Shown one piece after another: positions 28,025-43,066 of a stretch of DNA of 64,000 nucleotides (the first letter of the stretch is position 1; every line of letters begins with the position of its first letter). A program made the position numbers and the translations under genes. Location of the stretch: positions 26,288,001 through 26,352,000 of the forward strand of contig OX597816.1 in the NCBI GenBank assembly GCA_951406725.2, given 5' to 3'. The notes beneath the pieces were generated by a model. It ran no database searches and was not told where the DNA came from. It saw only the letters and a list, made by a program, of their open reading frames with translations. The DNA is from Octopus vulgaris. Its lineage: Eukaryota.

Positions 28025-28392
28025 GGAGGTGCAATGGCCCAGTGGTTAGGGCAGCGAACTAGGGGCCATAGGATTGCGGTTTCGATCCCAAGACCGGGAA
28101 TTGTGAGTGTTTATTGAGCGAAAGCACCTAAAGCTCCACGAAGCTCCAGCAGGGGTTGGTGGCGAACCCTGCTATACTCTTTCACCACAACCTTCTCTCG
28201 CTCTTTCTTCCTGTTTCTGTTGTACCTGTATTTCAAAGGGCCAGCCCCTTGTCACACACTGTATCACGCTGAATCTCCCCGAGAACTATGTTAAGGGCGG
28301 AGTGCTCAGTGACTTGCACGTTAATTTCACGAGCAGGCAGTTCCGTTGACTGGATCACTAGAACCCTCGTCGTCGCAACCGACGGAGTGCCA
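28025..28392 (+). mobile_element. SINE family C (tRNA-derived head)
   Basis: A box tggcccagtggttagg, B box ggtttcgatccc; homologues at 32463, 35010, 36625. Confidence 0.85.
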
Positions 28393-28475
28393 CTATATCT
28401 ATGTATACACGCACATATATAAAAACATATACAGCTATATATACACACATACACACACACACGCACTCACACACA

Positions 28476-28546
<71 letters not shown>

Positions 28547-29092
28547 GACTGAATCTGGTTAGTGTTTACCGGTTTCTTGTAAAGTGAACGTATGAAGGTT
28601 GTCAAACTAGTTCTTATGTACGCAATATCTTACCTAATTATAAACCAATAAACTGGAATCTTTAAATCTGTCGTCAGAATTCAGGACAAACTTTTGGAAT
28701 CGCACTTAATTTGAAACCGGTCTTTTACTAATGCCTTGGCCATTTTGTAAAGAACGGTAGTCTTAGCAACTCAGTATTTATCCTATGGACTAAATATTTA
28801 TATCTGGGTGTGTAGATTTGTCTGTTTGTGTGTATGAATGTATATGTTTGTAGTTGTCTGTACATAAATATATTTATGTGGGTGTGTATGAGTTTGCAAG
28901 TGCGTGTAAAATGCATATATATATATATATATATACAATATATGCATATATACTATACACAGATAATTATGTAAGCTTAGTTCATTATGATATGTGCTTT
29001 TCTCCTGAAGAATATATTTGAAACTACATGTATTTAATCTCTCACCAGATGGAGTACTTTTTTTAGTTGAATCTTCAATCACGGAAGAGTTC

Positions 29093-29148
<56 letters not shown>

Positions 29149-29268
29149 TGTATGTATGTATGTATGTATGTATGTATGTATGTATGCATGTATGTATGTA
29201 TATGTACGCATGTATGTATGTATGTATGTATGTATGTATGTATGTATATATGTACGTATGTATGTATG

Positions 29269-29326
<58 letters not shown>

Positions 29327-29849
29327 TGCATGTATATATATACATACATATATACATACATATATATATATCTTTTATTTCTGTGTGTGAGTGTATGTGT
29401 GTGCGTATTAATATGCGTGTGTGTAGATATACATATATATTATAAATAGATATTTAAGTGAGTGTGTGTATGTGTAATTTAAAAATATAGACATACTTGT
29501 GTCCCTCGGCTGTATTTCCTACGTTTTGATGCTGTTTTGGGCTATCTTTAACTCATGTAGGCTTGGATTTTAATCTATATAAAAGACCTACTCATATTTT
29601 TAATTATATTCATCCTGTCCTCGCTTCAGAAAGTCTGTTTGATACGTTTGTAGTTACTAGACGATAGGATACCCTTTGTATAAAGACATGCAGTGTGGTT
29701 GTGTTTTTTGATAACAGGCCGATATTTAAGTGTCTGGAATTGCTTCAAGCCATTACTTAATTAGAATAGGCATACATACATATGTGCGTGTGTGTATGTA
29801 TGTAAATATGTATATAAATGTGTGTATACATATATATATATATACATAC

Positions 29850-29882
<33 letters not shown>

Positions 29883-29975
29883 TGTATGTATGTATGTATA
29901 GATAGATAGATAGATAGATAGATGTATGTAAATATGTATATAAATGTGTGTATACATATATATATATATACATAC

Positions 29976-30008
<33 letters not shown>

Positions 30009-30142
30009 TGTATGTATGTATGTATAGATAGATAGATAGATAGATAGATATATGGATGGATGGATGGAGGGAGGGAGGGAGGGACGGAGGGTGGAGGGTG
30101 GGAGGGACGGAGGGACGGAGGGACGGAGGGAGGGATGGATAT

Positions 30143-30208
<66 letters not shown>

Positions 30209-30269
30209 GGATAGATGGATAGAGGGGTGGATAGACGGATGGATAGAGGGATGGATGGATGGATGGATG

Positions 30270-30352
<83 letters not shown>

Positions 30353-31043
30353 TATTTAGGAATATGTATCTCTAAGACTACTGAAACGTATCTTTTCACA
30401 AGAACCATCCTATTGCAAAAATATTTTAGTAAATTGGCGGTGGCTGTGGTGATCGTGGGGTAGAGTTGGTTTTTCTTTAGACATCAAACCGAAGAAACAT
30501 ACAGCGTTATCTTCCTTTTAGTTGACATTTCTTGCGTCTGTAGATTAAATTTATGTTGGTTTGGGTTTTTTGTTGGTTTTTTTGTTGTTTTTAATTTACT
30601 TACTGAACCTGCGAACATTAGAAGCAGAACGAGCAAGAAGCATGCGGTTTGTTCAGTGGACAGCTAATAAGAGGGCGTAGATAACTGGCGAACTATTTAA
30701 AGACAAGAGTTATACGACCGAGCTCGAGATCTGGTTTATTTATCAGTTTGCAGTGAAGAATGGGAATTTGTGCCGGAAATATAGCTTCGCATTCTAAGTG
30801 TTGCTAAATCTGGATAACTTGTTAACTTACATTCTGACATCAATGTCGTTTGTTCCAACAGCCCAGCCTCCCTAATCCAACCACTTTGTCACAGTTGTAT
30901 ATCTACACTTAAGGCAAGAGAAAAGGGAAACTATAAGAGAACACTTTGTTCCAACTTTGTAATGTGACGAAATTACTTGGCAAGTTCTAGCAGTAAACCT
31001 GTCATTTGTGAATATTACAAATCTTTACCCGGTGAAGAATTTA

Positions 31044-31465
31044 TTTTACTCTTTTACTCTTTTACTCTTTTACTTGTTTCAGTCATTTGACTGCAGCCAT
31101 GCTGGAGCACCGCCTTTTAATCGAGCAACTCGATCCCGGCACTTATTCTTTTGTAAGCCCAGTACTTATTCTATCGGTCTCTTTTGCCGAACCGCTAAGT
31201 AACAGGGACGTAAACACACCAGCATCGGTTGTCAAGCAATGCTAGGGGGACAAATACAGACACACAAACACACACACACAAACATATATATATACATATA
31301 TACGGCGGGCTTCTTTCAGTTTCCATCTACCAAATCCACTCACAAGGCTTTGGTCGGCCCGAGGCTATAGTAGAAGACACTTGCCCAAGGTGCCACGCAG
31401 TGGGACTGAACACGGAACCATGTGGTTGGTAAACAAGCTACTTACCACACAGCCACTCCTGCGCC
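31044..31465 (-). mobile_element. SINE family A, full length
   Basis: ggcgcaggagtggctgtgtggtaag start, internal (TA/TG) tract, (AGTAAAAG)n tail. Confidence 0.92.
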
Positions 31466-32002
31466 TATATTAGTTTCTTGATTGTGGAAGACGTCAAGTC
31501 ATCTATGATGAAGATATCGGGTTTTTTCTTACTTAGGTTTATTTTTCATGTTTTCTTAATTATTACGTCAGTCGGTACACATTGAGATAAAAAGCAGCTA
31601 GATATGGTTTTTTAATGATCTAAACACTGAAACGAGTTATTGAACTAATATTATTGTTGTTTAAACCCAACCTTGTTTGAGTGTAGCTATGATGAAAGGC
31701 AACCAGTCCACGACCATCATTTCTTCACATTGTGTGTTTCCCAGAAATAGTATACACTGGACTAACTCAAAATGTCTATCTTTAAAACGATGGGATATGT
31801 GCTTTGGTGGAGAATTTGTGGCTATTTCTAGCAGGTCAAGTTGCCACTTAGAGACTCCTACATTGGTTTGTTAATTGACCGAATCCATATTCATGCTGAA
31901 GAATTAATTGCTGTGTAAGTCATTACTGTAAAAAAACTGGGTCTTTGATTCCACTTGTAAATCATTGCATTGCTATTAATTTCTATGCAAGGACATTATG
32001 TG

Positions 32003-32143
32003 CAGGGCCGTCTTAGCAGCGCTATAGGCCTTGGATAAATCAATACACTGATCCCTACGGTAATCTCCACCATACATAGATCAGAATTGGGTCCCAGGAC
32101 CCGTGAGACCCCAAATAACTGCCCATATCTTAAGATGGTATTG
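32003..32143. mobile_element. Possible degenerate hAT-type MITE
   Basis: cagggccgtctta ... taagatggtattg partial terminal inverted repeats. Confidence 0.35.
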
Positions 32144-32462
32144 ATTTTGTGTGAAGAGTGATATTAACTTCCTTAACCTAAAAGAACATTCTCAGCGAAA
32201 TAGCCCCGCCGGAAATCGAAACTACGAGAATGCCTAGTATATAATCTAGGTATCGCAAGCACAGACATGTGCAAACACAGCTTATCCAGAAATTTACCAC
32301 TACCCTGTATCGCAGGTTTAACAATACAATGACTTTAGAAATAGTCGTGAAAACACAGGAATAGATTAATTTCGAAAGTCAAAGACAAAGATGTTGAAGA
32401 AGTATACGAAGTAAGAAAAATAGATATAAATATTCATAAGAATATACAATATGATATATATA

Positions 32463-32757
32463 TCACGTGATCACCGTGACCGACCAGGCTATCAGATGTT
32501 GCTACACATCGCTGGTCACAATGCGCTTCGCATTGTTTTAGCCTTGAAATGACGCCACCCCGCCGGCTATGCGAGCAGCAGGGCAACAGAAGAAAGAGTG
32601 AGAGAAAGTTGTGGCGAAAGAGTACAGCAGGGATTGCCACCAACCCCTGCCGGAGCCTCGTGGAGCTTTAGGTGTGACACTCACAACGCCCGGTCTGGGA
32701 ATCGAAACCGCGATCCTACGACCGCTAATCAGCTGCCCTAACTACTGGGCCATTGCG

Positions 32758-32760
<3 letters not shown>
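32463..32760 (-). mobile_element. SINE family C head with an alternative 3' tail
   Basis: Same head and body as 28025 up to caactttctctcactctttctt, then unrelated tail ending ...ggtcggtcacggtgatcacgtga. Confidence 0.8.
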
Positions 32761-32797
<37 letters not shown>

Positions 32798-33035
32798 TAA
32801 ATGAAATAAAACATATGCATATATATAAACATATATGTACGTACCTACCTCTACATGTACATATACACGCATATATATATTTGCATATTTGCGATATATA
32901 TGAGAAAAGGTTGAGTTCTATTTTATCCTTTACTTTAGAGGGTTCCAAAGGTCGATTTCTAACAAACATTCTTCATATTACATTGTTAGCTTACTGTTTT
33001 AAGATTTTTTCGAATATGAAAATGCTACAAGTATA

Positions 33036-33215
33036 AGGTGTGTTATGAGCATTTATAGACCACATATCCTATAGAAGCTCAACAATCACTTAAAGATGGA
33101 GAAAGAAAGGTGTTAAAAGTTTTAGAAGAATCTAATAACACGTTTTCTTCTCCATCTTTAATTGTTTGTTTAGCTTCTATAGGATAAGTGTACTATAAAA
33201 GCTCATACAGCACCT
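33036..33215. repeat. Long imperfect inverted repeat (~80 bp arms)
   Basis: aggtgtgttatgagc...atcctatagaagct...taaagatggaga pairs with tctccatcttta...agcttctataggat...gctcatacagcacct. Confidence 0.8.
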
Positions 33216-33220
33216 AATAT

Positions 33221-33260
<40 letters not shown>

Positions 33261-33379
33261 CCTGCGTGTGTGTGTGTGTGCGCGCGTGTTTGTGTGTGCG
33301 TGTGTGTGTGTGTGATAACAAAAGTTCCAAATGGTGAATTGTGAAATATATAAATTGGAAAATGCAAAAATTAAATATA

Positions 33380-33426
<47 letters not shown>

Positions 33427-33543
33427 TATATATGATAAGTAATATTAGGGTAATATTATTATAATAATACATGATAAGTAATATTAGGGTAATAAGAATT
33501 ATAGAAATTTTTATTACCAGTGGCCTAGCGCAAGAAAATTAGT

Positions 33544-33580
<37 letters not shown>

Positions 33581-33582
<2 letters not shown>

Positions 33583-33811
33583 GGATTAAGCACATAAATG
33601 TGAAACAAGGTGGAAGAAAGAGTACTCAAATACCAGGGGTAGAGTAATATGCTTTATTTAAAAGCAGCAGAAATATAACAAAAACTGTTACTCTGAGTTT
33701 CACGTTCCCGTTCGTTGGGCTGGGTTTTTTTTTTAACAAAACTGTCCGACGAACGGGAACGTGAAACTCTGAATAACAGCTTTTGTTATATTTCTGTTGC
33801 TTTTACATAAA

Positions 33812-33815
<4 letters not shown>
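33581..33815. mobile_element. Penelope-like inverted terminal-repeat remnant carrying two opposed hammerhead motifs
   Basis: Arms ~33649-33727 and ~33737-33815 are reverse complements; each contains cc(g/a)acga acgggaacgt gaaa ctc...ta acag. Confidence 0.75.
33742..33779 (+). ncRNA. Minimal type I hammerhead-like motif
   Basis: ctgt CCGACGA acg ggaa cgt GAAA ctctgaata acag; mirror copy at 33685-33722(-) has ctcagaGTA. Confidence 0.6.
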
Positions 33816-33846
<31 letters not shown>

Positions 33847-34519
33847 TTCTGAGATAAAGGGTTATCGTTATAACACGCTGACATATTGGAACTGATGTCT
33901 ACATCTTAGTCACAATGTTTCTCTCGTTCTATCACCTAACAGTGTTCTTCAATGCTCATTGTATTTGGTCACATTTATTAAATATCCCCATTCGCATGTG
34001 TTCTTTATCATATGTTCCAAATAAGCAGTGCTGAGGTTCAAGGACATAGGGTTGTTTTTCTGATGTCAGAAAAGTCTCTTGTGCTTGTGCTTGGGACACT
34101 CAGAAAACGATTTCTCTGCAATGAATTCCATTCGGAAGTGATACAAACTAATTTTTGCTTGCGAAAATAAAGAGCTATATTTTGGAATTGATTAATTTAT
34201 GCAGTGATGTGTGCACATGTATACAAGCACGTACGCACTCGCAGACACACACACACACACACACACACACACAACATACACACACTCACTCACATATATT
34301 AAATTATATTATATTATATTATATTATATTATATTATATTATATTATATTAGATGTATATATATATGAAAACTATGGGATTTAGATCAGGTAAGATTTAA
34401 CCAAATTTACGATTGCTTTTATTTGTTCGATTCAAAGAACTAAGTGAACTAGGATTAAGATAAGTAAAGATATATGGTTTAAAATTATACTAAATATAAC
34501 ACTAATAGGGAAAGAAGTT

Positions 34520-34985
34520 TGGTATCAGTTGACATGAACAACTTATTTCATAATTCTGATGATGCGAGCTTCCACACTGAGATATCTTTCTCAACGCTAT
34601 GTGTCACGTTTAAAAAAAAATTTCCAGCTGTTGTTTAATAAACGCCTGAGATAAGTTCTGATAATATCACTCAAATATTTTGATGTAACGTCGTTATGGC
34701 ATTCATGTCTCAGATGGGTGTGTCAGGGATGTTATGGCGCAAGTATCAGAGATGTTCAGCTTGGAGTCCAGTTTCAAGTCACTGTCTGACCAGATTCGTT
34801 TCTCCAATATTCGAAACATTATTGAATCCTTCTCAATACTCAAGTTGATTTTGGAATCTATGGGTTCGTCCCTTGTGACATACATAGCTAGTGAGTTACA
34901 CAAAAATAATTTATTATATCAGGTTCCGTCTTTTTGACCAAGTGTATTTGGTTCTACTTACGTCTCTCCTTGAGCCGATGTAAAC
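34520..34985 (-). pseudogene. Decayed RTE-clade LINE ORF2 fragment (post-RT region)
   Basis: DSKINLSIEKDSIMFRILEKRIWSDSDLKLDSKLNISDTCAITSLTHPSET resembles the RTE pattern DxEIxxRIxKASxAFGRLxKRVW...TKLxxY..CVxxxLLYxSETW; stops downstream. Confidence 0.7.
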
Positions 34986-35009
34986 ATAAGTTTAGATTTA
35001 TTCGGGAGA

Positions 35010-35375
35010 AGAGAGGGTGGTAGTGAACCCTCTTGAACTCTTTCACCACAACTTTCTCTCACTCTTTCTGTTTCTGTTGTACCTGTATTTCAAAGAGCCA
35101 GCCTTGTCACACTCTGCGTCATGCTGAATCACCCCGAGAACTACGTTAGGGGTACACGTATCTATGGAGTGCTCAGCCACTTGCACGTTAATAAATGAGC
35201 TTCGATGTCACAGGTGCTAAGCTCTATCGGCATTTGCCTCGGATACCATCGGTGGCGTGGAGAGTGGAGGCTGATATGCGTGATCTTCTATAAACAACCT
35301 TGACCAGACTTGTGCCTCGGAGGGTAACTTTCTATGTGCAATCCCATGGTCATTCATGACCGAAAGGGGTCCCAA
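35010..35375 (+). mobile_element. SINE family C body with a third tail type
   Basis: ctctttcaccacaactttctctc...cacttgcacgttaat then ...ccatggtcattcatgaccgaaagggg. Confidence 0.75.
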
Positions 35376-35876
35376 CAACAATATATAGATTTATACAAAT
35401 GTATTAATGTATAAAAGGAATTATGTGTATTCCAAATTGTAGGCCATTTTCTGTGTAGGTATCTCGAAATTTGCATACAGGCACGTTTATACGTAGAGAA
35501 AGCCATAAGCTATGTAACTTTTCTCTGATACTTTCTCAAACCAAAAACATAATAAATTGCTCGCATGCAGCAATTATAAGTGACTCAACATTCCTGGAAC
35601 AACAGAAAACTGTCAGCATCGTTTTTAAAGCAATTCCTTCAAAATACACAGTGAATGCATGCAACTGTATTTATATAATATATTAATAAAACACCCACAC
35701 AAAGCCGAATACTTGCTAGTACCTACATATATATATATATATGTGTGTATATATATACGTATATATATACGTATATATATAGAGAGAGAGAGAGACAGAT
35801 AGATCTATATATACATATACATATATACATATATATACATATATATATGCATATATATATATACATATATATAATG

Positions 35877-35931
<55 letters not shown>

Positions 35932-35944
35932 CATATATATACAA

Positions 35945-35991
<47 letters not shown>

Positions 35992-36624
35992 CATACATAC
36001 ATACATACATACATACATACATACATACATACACACATACACCATAAATAGCTATCTACAGACTTGTTTGAATATATTTTGCAAGCTGGTTAGTTGTTAT
36101 CTGCTTGGCGGGAAATTTCGAGAATAATTATTACGTAAGTAAGTAGTTAACTGTGTTCTAATTATTGTATTTCTCATTTCCTGGCAATTATAGTTTAATT
36201 ATCTAACAGCTTGCTTGTTGTAGAAAGCGTTGTTTCATTTTGTTTACGTAACTGTGAAGAGTTGCTCTTTCAATTCAGAAACGAAATCCTAGACGTATTG
36301 TTATTTATACAGATAACAATGGTTTTTTCGATGTGTATTCACATAGAGTTAAAACTATAATAGCGTTGTCTACCCGTGTGTGTAATCAGATACCTAGCTA
36401 TACAAACCTATGTACAAACATCTATATAGACACTCTAGTAAAAAGAACATACTTGAGCAGTAATAATTCGTCATCGAAAATGGAACTCAACGAACAAGGA
36501 ATATCCTGCAGCGCTCAGAGATGGCCTGGGGCTAAACAGCAATAGGAACAACAACAACGAAGAGGACAGCAGCAACAACAGAAGAAGCAACGATAACAAT
36601 GATTGTAGTAACAACAACAGCAGT

Positions 36625-36755
36625 GGAGGTGCAATGGCCCAGTGGTTAGGGTAGCGGACTCGCGGTCGTAAGAACGCGGTTTCGATTCCCAGGCCGGGAA
36701 TTGTGAGTGCTTATTGAGCAAAAACACCCAAGCTCCACGAAGTTGCTGGGGGTAG
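36625..36755 (+). mobile_element. SINE family C head
   Basis: ggaggtgcaatggcccagtggttaggg...ggtttcgattccc. Confidence 0.8.
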
Positions 36756-37124
36756 GGTAAAGTTGGGCTAAACTGAAATTACTAGCTAGCTTATCTTTAC
36801 TGATTGTAGGCTCACCGGTCCTCGATAGCGAATTGCGGTTAAGGTGGAATGAACGGGCGATTAGACTCGGCCATCTGAACCGTGGTTGAATTTGAACTCA
36901 GAACATAAATATCCAGAAGAACTACTTGCTGAACTGTTAGCTCATCGGAAGTATGACCTTACAATTCAGCTAATACATAGGCCTGAACTAGGATGTTTGT
37001 ATAACAATGCAATATTAAACTAGCATTATGATCACAATAAATGACATTTCAATTAGAGCGCCAAAAGGAAAATTCCAATTAAACATCCGTTATAGTAATC
37101 TAATGTTTTCATTGCACTCATTTC

Positions 37125-37315
37125 AATTTTTGGCACAAGGCCAGTAATGTCGGGAGAGGCGACAAGTTGATTAAATAGACCCCAGTGTTCAACTGGTACT
37201 TATTTTATCGATCACTGAAAAGATAAAAGGCAAAATGGACCATGGTGGAATTTGAGCTCAGAACATAAAGACGGACGAAATGCCGCTAAACATCTTGTCC
37301 GGCGTGCAAACGATT
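37125..37315 (-). mobile_element. SINE family B variant (ggcacaaggcc tail)
   Basis: Homologous to 63262-63477 and 60405-60480. Confidence 0.7.
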
Positions 37316-37477
37316 ATTTTCTACTTTCATTTATTCGTTAAGTCACGTGGGTACATATTTCTATACTAAGCAGAGAAGAAAAATAAACAAGAAACAAATT
37401 CTTTTGTAACCATATTATATTATATTATAGAATATACTTGATAAGTAATAGGTATGTGTGTGTATGTCTATATATAT

Positions 37478-37537
<60 letters not shown>

Positions 37538-37569
37538 CACACACACAAATATATATATATATATAATAT

Positions 37570-37619
<50 letters not shown>

Positions 37620-37621
<2 letters not shown>

Positions 37622-37968
37622 TTCAGATATTTCATTGCGGCCATGCTTGAGTACCGTCTTAGTCGAAGAAATCGATCCTATGACTTATTCTTTATAAGTT
37701 TAGTACTTATTCCATCGGTCTATTTTCCCGAACCGCTAACTAACGGAAACGTAAACACACCAACATCGGTTGTCAAGCAATGGTTGTGAAGGAGGTGGCT
37801 AACACAGACACACACGGTCTTCTTTCAGTTTCCATCTGCCAAATCCACTCACAAGGCCTCTGTCGGCCCGAATCTTTTGTAGAAGACACCTGACCAAGGT
37901 GCCACGCAGTGGGACTGAACCCGAAACTATGTGGCTGACAAACAAGCTTCTTACCACACAGCCATGCC

Positions 37969-37969
<1 letters not shown>
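37620..37969 (-). mobile_element. SINE family A
   Basis: Head and tail halves both present. Confidence 0.85.
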
Positions 37970-38019
<50 letters not shown>

Positions 38020-38021
38020 AC

Positions 38022-38066
<45 letters not shown>

Positions 38067-38292
38067 CGTGTAGGTATGTAAGATTTTAAATTTAGGAAAG
38101 CTTTCTATAATCTTGTTTGATTTATGCCGTGATAAGGGATGACTTACGTAAAAACGATACATTGCAATGTAGTCAAGAAGTGACATAGCTAAAAGTAGCA
38201 TTATAGGACAGCGTGATGAAGAAATGAATTGTTAAGAGAAACGGGCAATAAAATAAAGGTCACTAACCAGTATACATATATATATATATACA

Positions 38293-38516
<224 letters not shown>

Positions 38517-38592
38517 TATATATATATACTGAAAGCCTTCTTTCTTCTGCCTTAATCATTGCACGGTGATTGCCATAATCTTTATATATATG

Positions 38593-38656
<64 letters not shown>

Positions 38657-39139
38657 TGTATGTATACGTATTGCTTTATTTTGTGTGGAGCTAAATAATC
38701 ACAGAAAGGCCCAGAAATTGGGCACAACTCATATATACACATGGCAGCTGTCAACTCGTTGTGGAGTCTGACCATCGCTCACAAATTATCTTATCCTAGT
38801 TGTTAAAGACAATGGCTGTTAGCAATGCCCGAGCTGAAGTTTAGAGCCAATGATAGCTCGCACAACACCGCTAAGCCTCACCTATAAAGCCAATTAGACC
38901 AGAAACAAGTACCAGCAAAATCTCCATCTTCGTAGCGAAGCGGATTTTGTATCGAAATTTCAATCATCTAGATAAATGTCTAAACAACAGCTAGTGGTCT
39001 TTGACCACTCTGTTGGCTGGTATTTACCCTACTGCATCCATCCTACCTTGGGCAGGTTTTGTTTCCATCCTGCAGTGTGTCCAACGAAAACCATACTCCT
39101 TACCAAACACGTTTGGTAGGGTTGGCGGCTTAGTCACCT

Positions 39140-39768
39140 ACAGCTACCCATGCGACAAATTGTACTGTGTTACCAGTAGCCTCCTGAGGACAAAGAAATA
39201 AGAACGCACAGTGTAGTAGAAGCCATAGCCACTCATAATAAAAAGTACTGGTAAAATATCCCAGTGAAAACCTCAAAAAAATGTAAACACAACAGACCTG
39301 ATATAATGATGTGGGATACAGAACAGAAACTGTATACCGCTCCAGAAATCAGCTGCCGTTACTCTATCATCTGCAATTTCTCTATCTAGATTACAATTTC
39401 AGGTTTATCCCTGTAATTATTGGGGCATTGCCTAAATACCAATCTTGAGAAATTATGCTTCTCAAAATCAGAAAGGAGAAAGCAGATTCCAAGTCTACAG
39501 ATCGAAGCCATCACTGGAACTGTAAACACCTGTAAAACTTACCAGAGATTTATTATTTAAGCATATATGAGCATGTCTAGATATGCAAGTATATGCATGA
39601 AAAGACATACATAAAACAAAACATGCAAATCTGCACATATACACACATACAAAAATATTCTGCTGATGTTGTTGAAATTCCAGTGAAAGAATCATGGATC
39701 TAGGTTAGAAACCGGCTCATTCTCTATTGGCAAGAAATTTTTTAATGAAACTGAATAACGACGTACAT
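39140..39768 (+). mobile_element. Decayed 3' portion of an RLE-clade LINE (same family as 21055-21860)
   Basis: LPMR...CKHNRPDIMMWDTEQKLYTAPEISC...FRFIPVIIGAL; 3' UTR gaaattccagtgaaaga...tctaggttag. Confidence 0.75.
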
Positions 39769-39782
39769 GTATACATATAATA

Positions 39783-39993
39783 TTCTTTTAATAGTTTCAA
39801 TCATTTGAATGTAGCCGTGCTGAAGTACCAGCTTAAAGGATTTTAAGCGAAGAAATGGACCCCCAGGACTTCTTTGTAAGCCTAGTACTTATTCTATGTC
39901 ACTTTTGCCTATCCTTTAAGTTACGAGGACATAAACACACCATCGTTGGTTGTCAAGCGATGGTGGAGGGACAAACACACACATAAATAAATA

Positions 39994-40044
<51 letters not shown>

Positions 40045-40063
40045 CATATACACACACACATAC

Positions 40064-40109
<46 letters not shown>

Positions 40110-40400
40110 TCGGGGTGAGTACTTGATAATTATAAGCACCTGTGTATACCGTTTGGTGGTGTAGGTGGTGGAGTAAATTGATCAAAATCCTTGGCATCAT
40201 GTTTTTATTTTGATCAATTTATATATATATATATATATATATACATACGACGGGCTTCTTTCAGTTTCCGTCAAACGAATCCTCTCACAAGGCTTTGGTC
40301 GGCCCGATGCTATAGTAGAAGACACTTGCCCAAGGTGTCACGCAGTGGAACTGAACCTGGAACCATGTGGTTGAGAAGCAAGCGTCTTACCACACAGCCA
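39783..40400 (-). mobile_element. SINE family A with ~115 bp foreign insert in its internal microsatellite
   Basis: 3' half 39783-39985, 5' half 40246-40400, unrelated sequence at ~40105-40220 between TA runs. Confidence 0.8.
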
Positions 40401-40934
40401 AGTTTAGGTTTTTCGAAAAAAGAGCAAAAGAAACCGGCGAAGGTTTTCCAAACCCAATCTATTAGTGACACACTGAAGATTTATAAGGCATTCCAATGTT
40501 TCCTCATCTGAGATTCTACAGATGAATAGACGCACACTCTTGGTAAAGGACATCGACAGATCAACCAACACACCGACTCAATCACACACTTGCAAACACC
40601 GGGAATTCTCTTGCTCAAAAAAATCTTGTCGCTTTTTTAAGCGACCGGCTTCAATTCAAAGAAAAAAGTATACATACATAGACACATATACATGCATACA
40701 TACATACATACATACATACATACATACATACATACATACATACATACACACACACATATATATACACTCTCATACATAGATACATACATGTATATGTAGC
40801 CCAACGTATACTTACCCAAGCCAGAAAAATGTATCGAGAAACGCAAAAGGCATTATTCCAGCATGGTCGTATTCCTGAAATTTGGGTGAAACCCATGAAA
40901 GAATATGTTATTAGACGAATTTCGATATAGCTAT

Positions 40935-41331
40935 CTTTATTCAGTCATTTGACTGCAGCCATGCTGGAGCACCGCTTTTAGTTGAGCAAATCGCCCCCAA
41001 GACCTATTCTTTGTAAACCTAGTACTTATTCTATCGGTCTCTTTTGCCGAACCGCTAAGTTACTGGGACGTAAACATACCAGCATCGCTTATCAAGCGAT
41101 GTTGAAGGGACAAACACAGACACAAGCATATATACACACACACATACATATACAGATATATACGACGGGCTTCTTTCAGTTTCCGTCTACCAAATCCACT
41201 CACAAGGCTTTGGTCGGCCCGAGGCTATATAGCAGAAGAGACTTGCCCTAGTTGCCACGCAGTGGGACTGAACCCGAAACCATGTGGTCGGTGAAGCAAG
41301 CTACATACCACACAGCCACTTACCACACGCC
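40935..41331 (-). mobile_element. SINE family A
   Basis: Full head and tail. Confidence 0.9.
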
Positions 41332-41845
41332 TTTTATATTTCTATTATTCAGAATGCCATATGAACGTGACAGATGAATAACAAAATAAATCAATAAATA
41401 AATTTATTAATAAATAAATAGATATATAAAATGTAATATACACTGGAATTCAAAAGAACAGCAGCCTAGTTTCCGGTAGCATGAAACAAAATATACTTGA
41501 TGCATATGCATTTAGACATATTTGCTAACACTTCTCCGTATTCGGCCATTTTATTAATGAAAGATCTTCTCGATAAAGACAATCTACCGCTGATTTCAAT
41601 TATGTTAAAAGCATGAGACTAAACTGATGCTGGTGCCCCGTTAAAAAGGAATGTCTCATATTTCGAAGCAGGGTTCTCCATTTCTATGAATACATACATA
41701 CACATGTATGTATGTATGTATGTATGTATGTATGTATGTATGTATGTATGTATGTATGTATGTATGTATGTATGTATGTATGTATGTATGTATTTATGTA
41801 TGTATGAATATCGGAGTAAATGCGGTAAGCAGTGTTTTGTGATAT

Positions 41846-41893
<48 letters not shown>

Positions 41894-42065
41894 TAACTTA
41901 TCAATGACTAGTTTTCTATTGATATAAATATGATCTTGTTTCTATTGGACTTTTTCTCTCTTTCGCTCTCATTTATCTCTCTCTCTCTCTATCTATCTAT
42001 CTCTCTCCTCTCTCTTCTCTCTCTCCTCTCCCTCCCTCTCTCCCTCTCTCTCTCTCTTTCACTTC

Positions 42066-42156
<91 letters not shown>

Positions 42157-42232
42157 TCTCCGCATATGTATTTTTGCATCAATATTTAAAACTGCCTATC
42201 AGTTCCCATCTGAATATCTCCTTATATATTGA

Positions 42233-42268
<36 letters not shown>

Positions 42269-42539
42269 TGTATGTATGTATGTATGTATGTATGTATGCG
42301 TGTGTTGCTTGTGTGTGTGTGTATGTGACCGATGTATTTTTCTTCATATGGTGGCCCAAAAAATCCTAGAAACTAGTGAGAGAGATTCTGCTATTACTGT
42401 CCACAGTGAGATAAGAAACATTTCATCTCACCACCTTTTCTTTTCACAGCGAGGCAAGAAAGTTTTGTGTTTATCAAAATAACTTCTACAGTGCTTTTCA
42501 TGATACACACACACACACATATCTCACTCACGCACACAT

Positions 42540-42794
42540 ATCTTTTATCTTTTACATGTTGCAGTCATTAGACTGCGGTCATGCTGGGGCACCGCCTTGA
42601 ATATTCAGTCGAATAAATCGATCCCAGTACTTTTATTTTTATACCTGGTACATATTCTATCGATCTTTTATGCCGAATTGCTGTGTTGCGGGGACTTAAA
42701 CACACCAACACCAGTTGTCAAGCGGTGATGGAGGACAGACACAGACACAAAGACATACACATACACACACACACAGACACACACACACACATAC

Positions 42795-42857
<63 letters not shown>

Positions 42858-43010
42858 CGCCGGACTTCTTTCAGTTTCCATCTACCAAATCCACACACAA
42901 TGCTTTGGTCGTCCCGAGGCTATAGTAGGTGTGCCCAAGGTGCCACGCTGTGAGACTGAACCCGGAGCCGTGTGATTGGGAAGCAAGCTCCTTACAGCAC
43001 AGCCATATCT
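42540..43010 (-). mobile_element. SINE family A
   Basis: Full head and tail with expanded internal CA/TA/TG tract. Confidence 0.85.
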
Positions 43011-43019
43011 GAATGCATG

Positions 43020-43066
<47 letters not shown>

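Noticed and set aside
28025-28095. tRNA gene (also 36625 and 60548-60608)
   Set aside because: A/B boxes present but no complete cloverleaf; most continue into SINE bodies
30590-30790. Unique-looking stretch as downstream exon or pre-miRNA
   Set aside because: No convincing splice pair, recognisable peptide or well-paired hairpin
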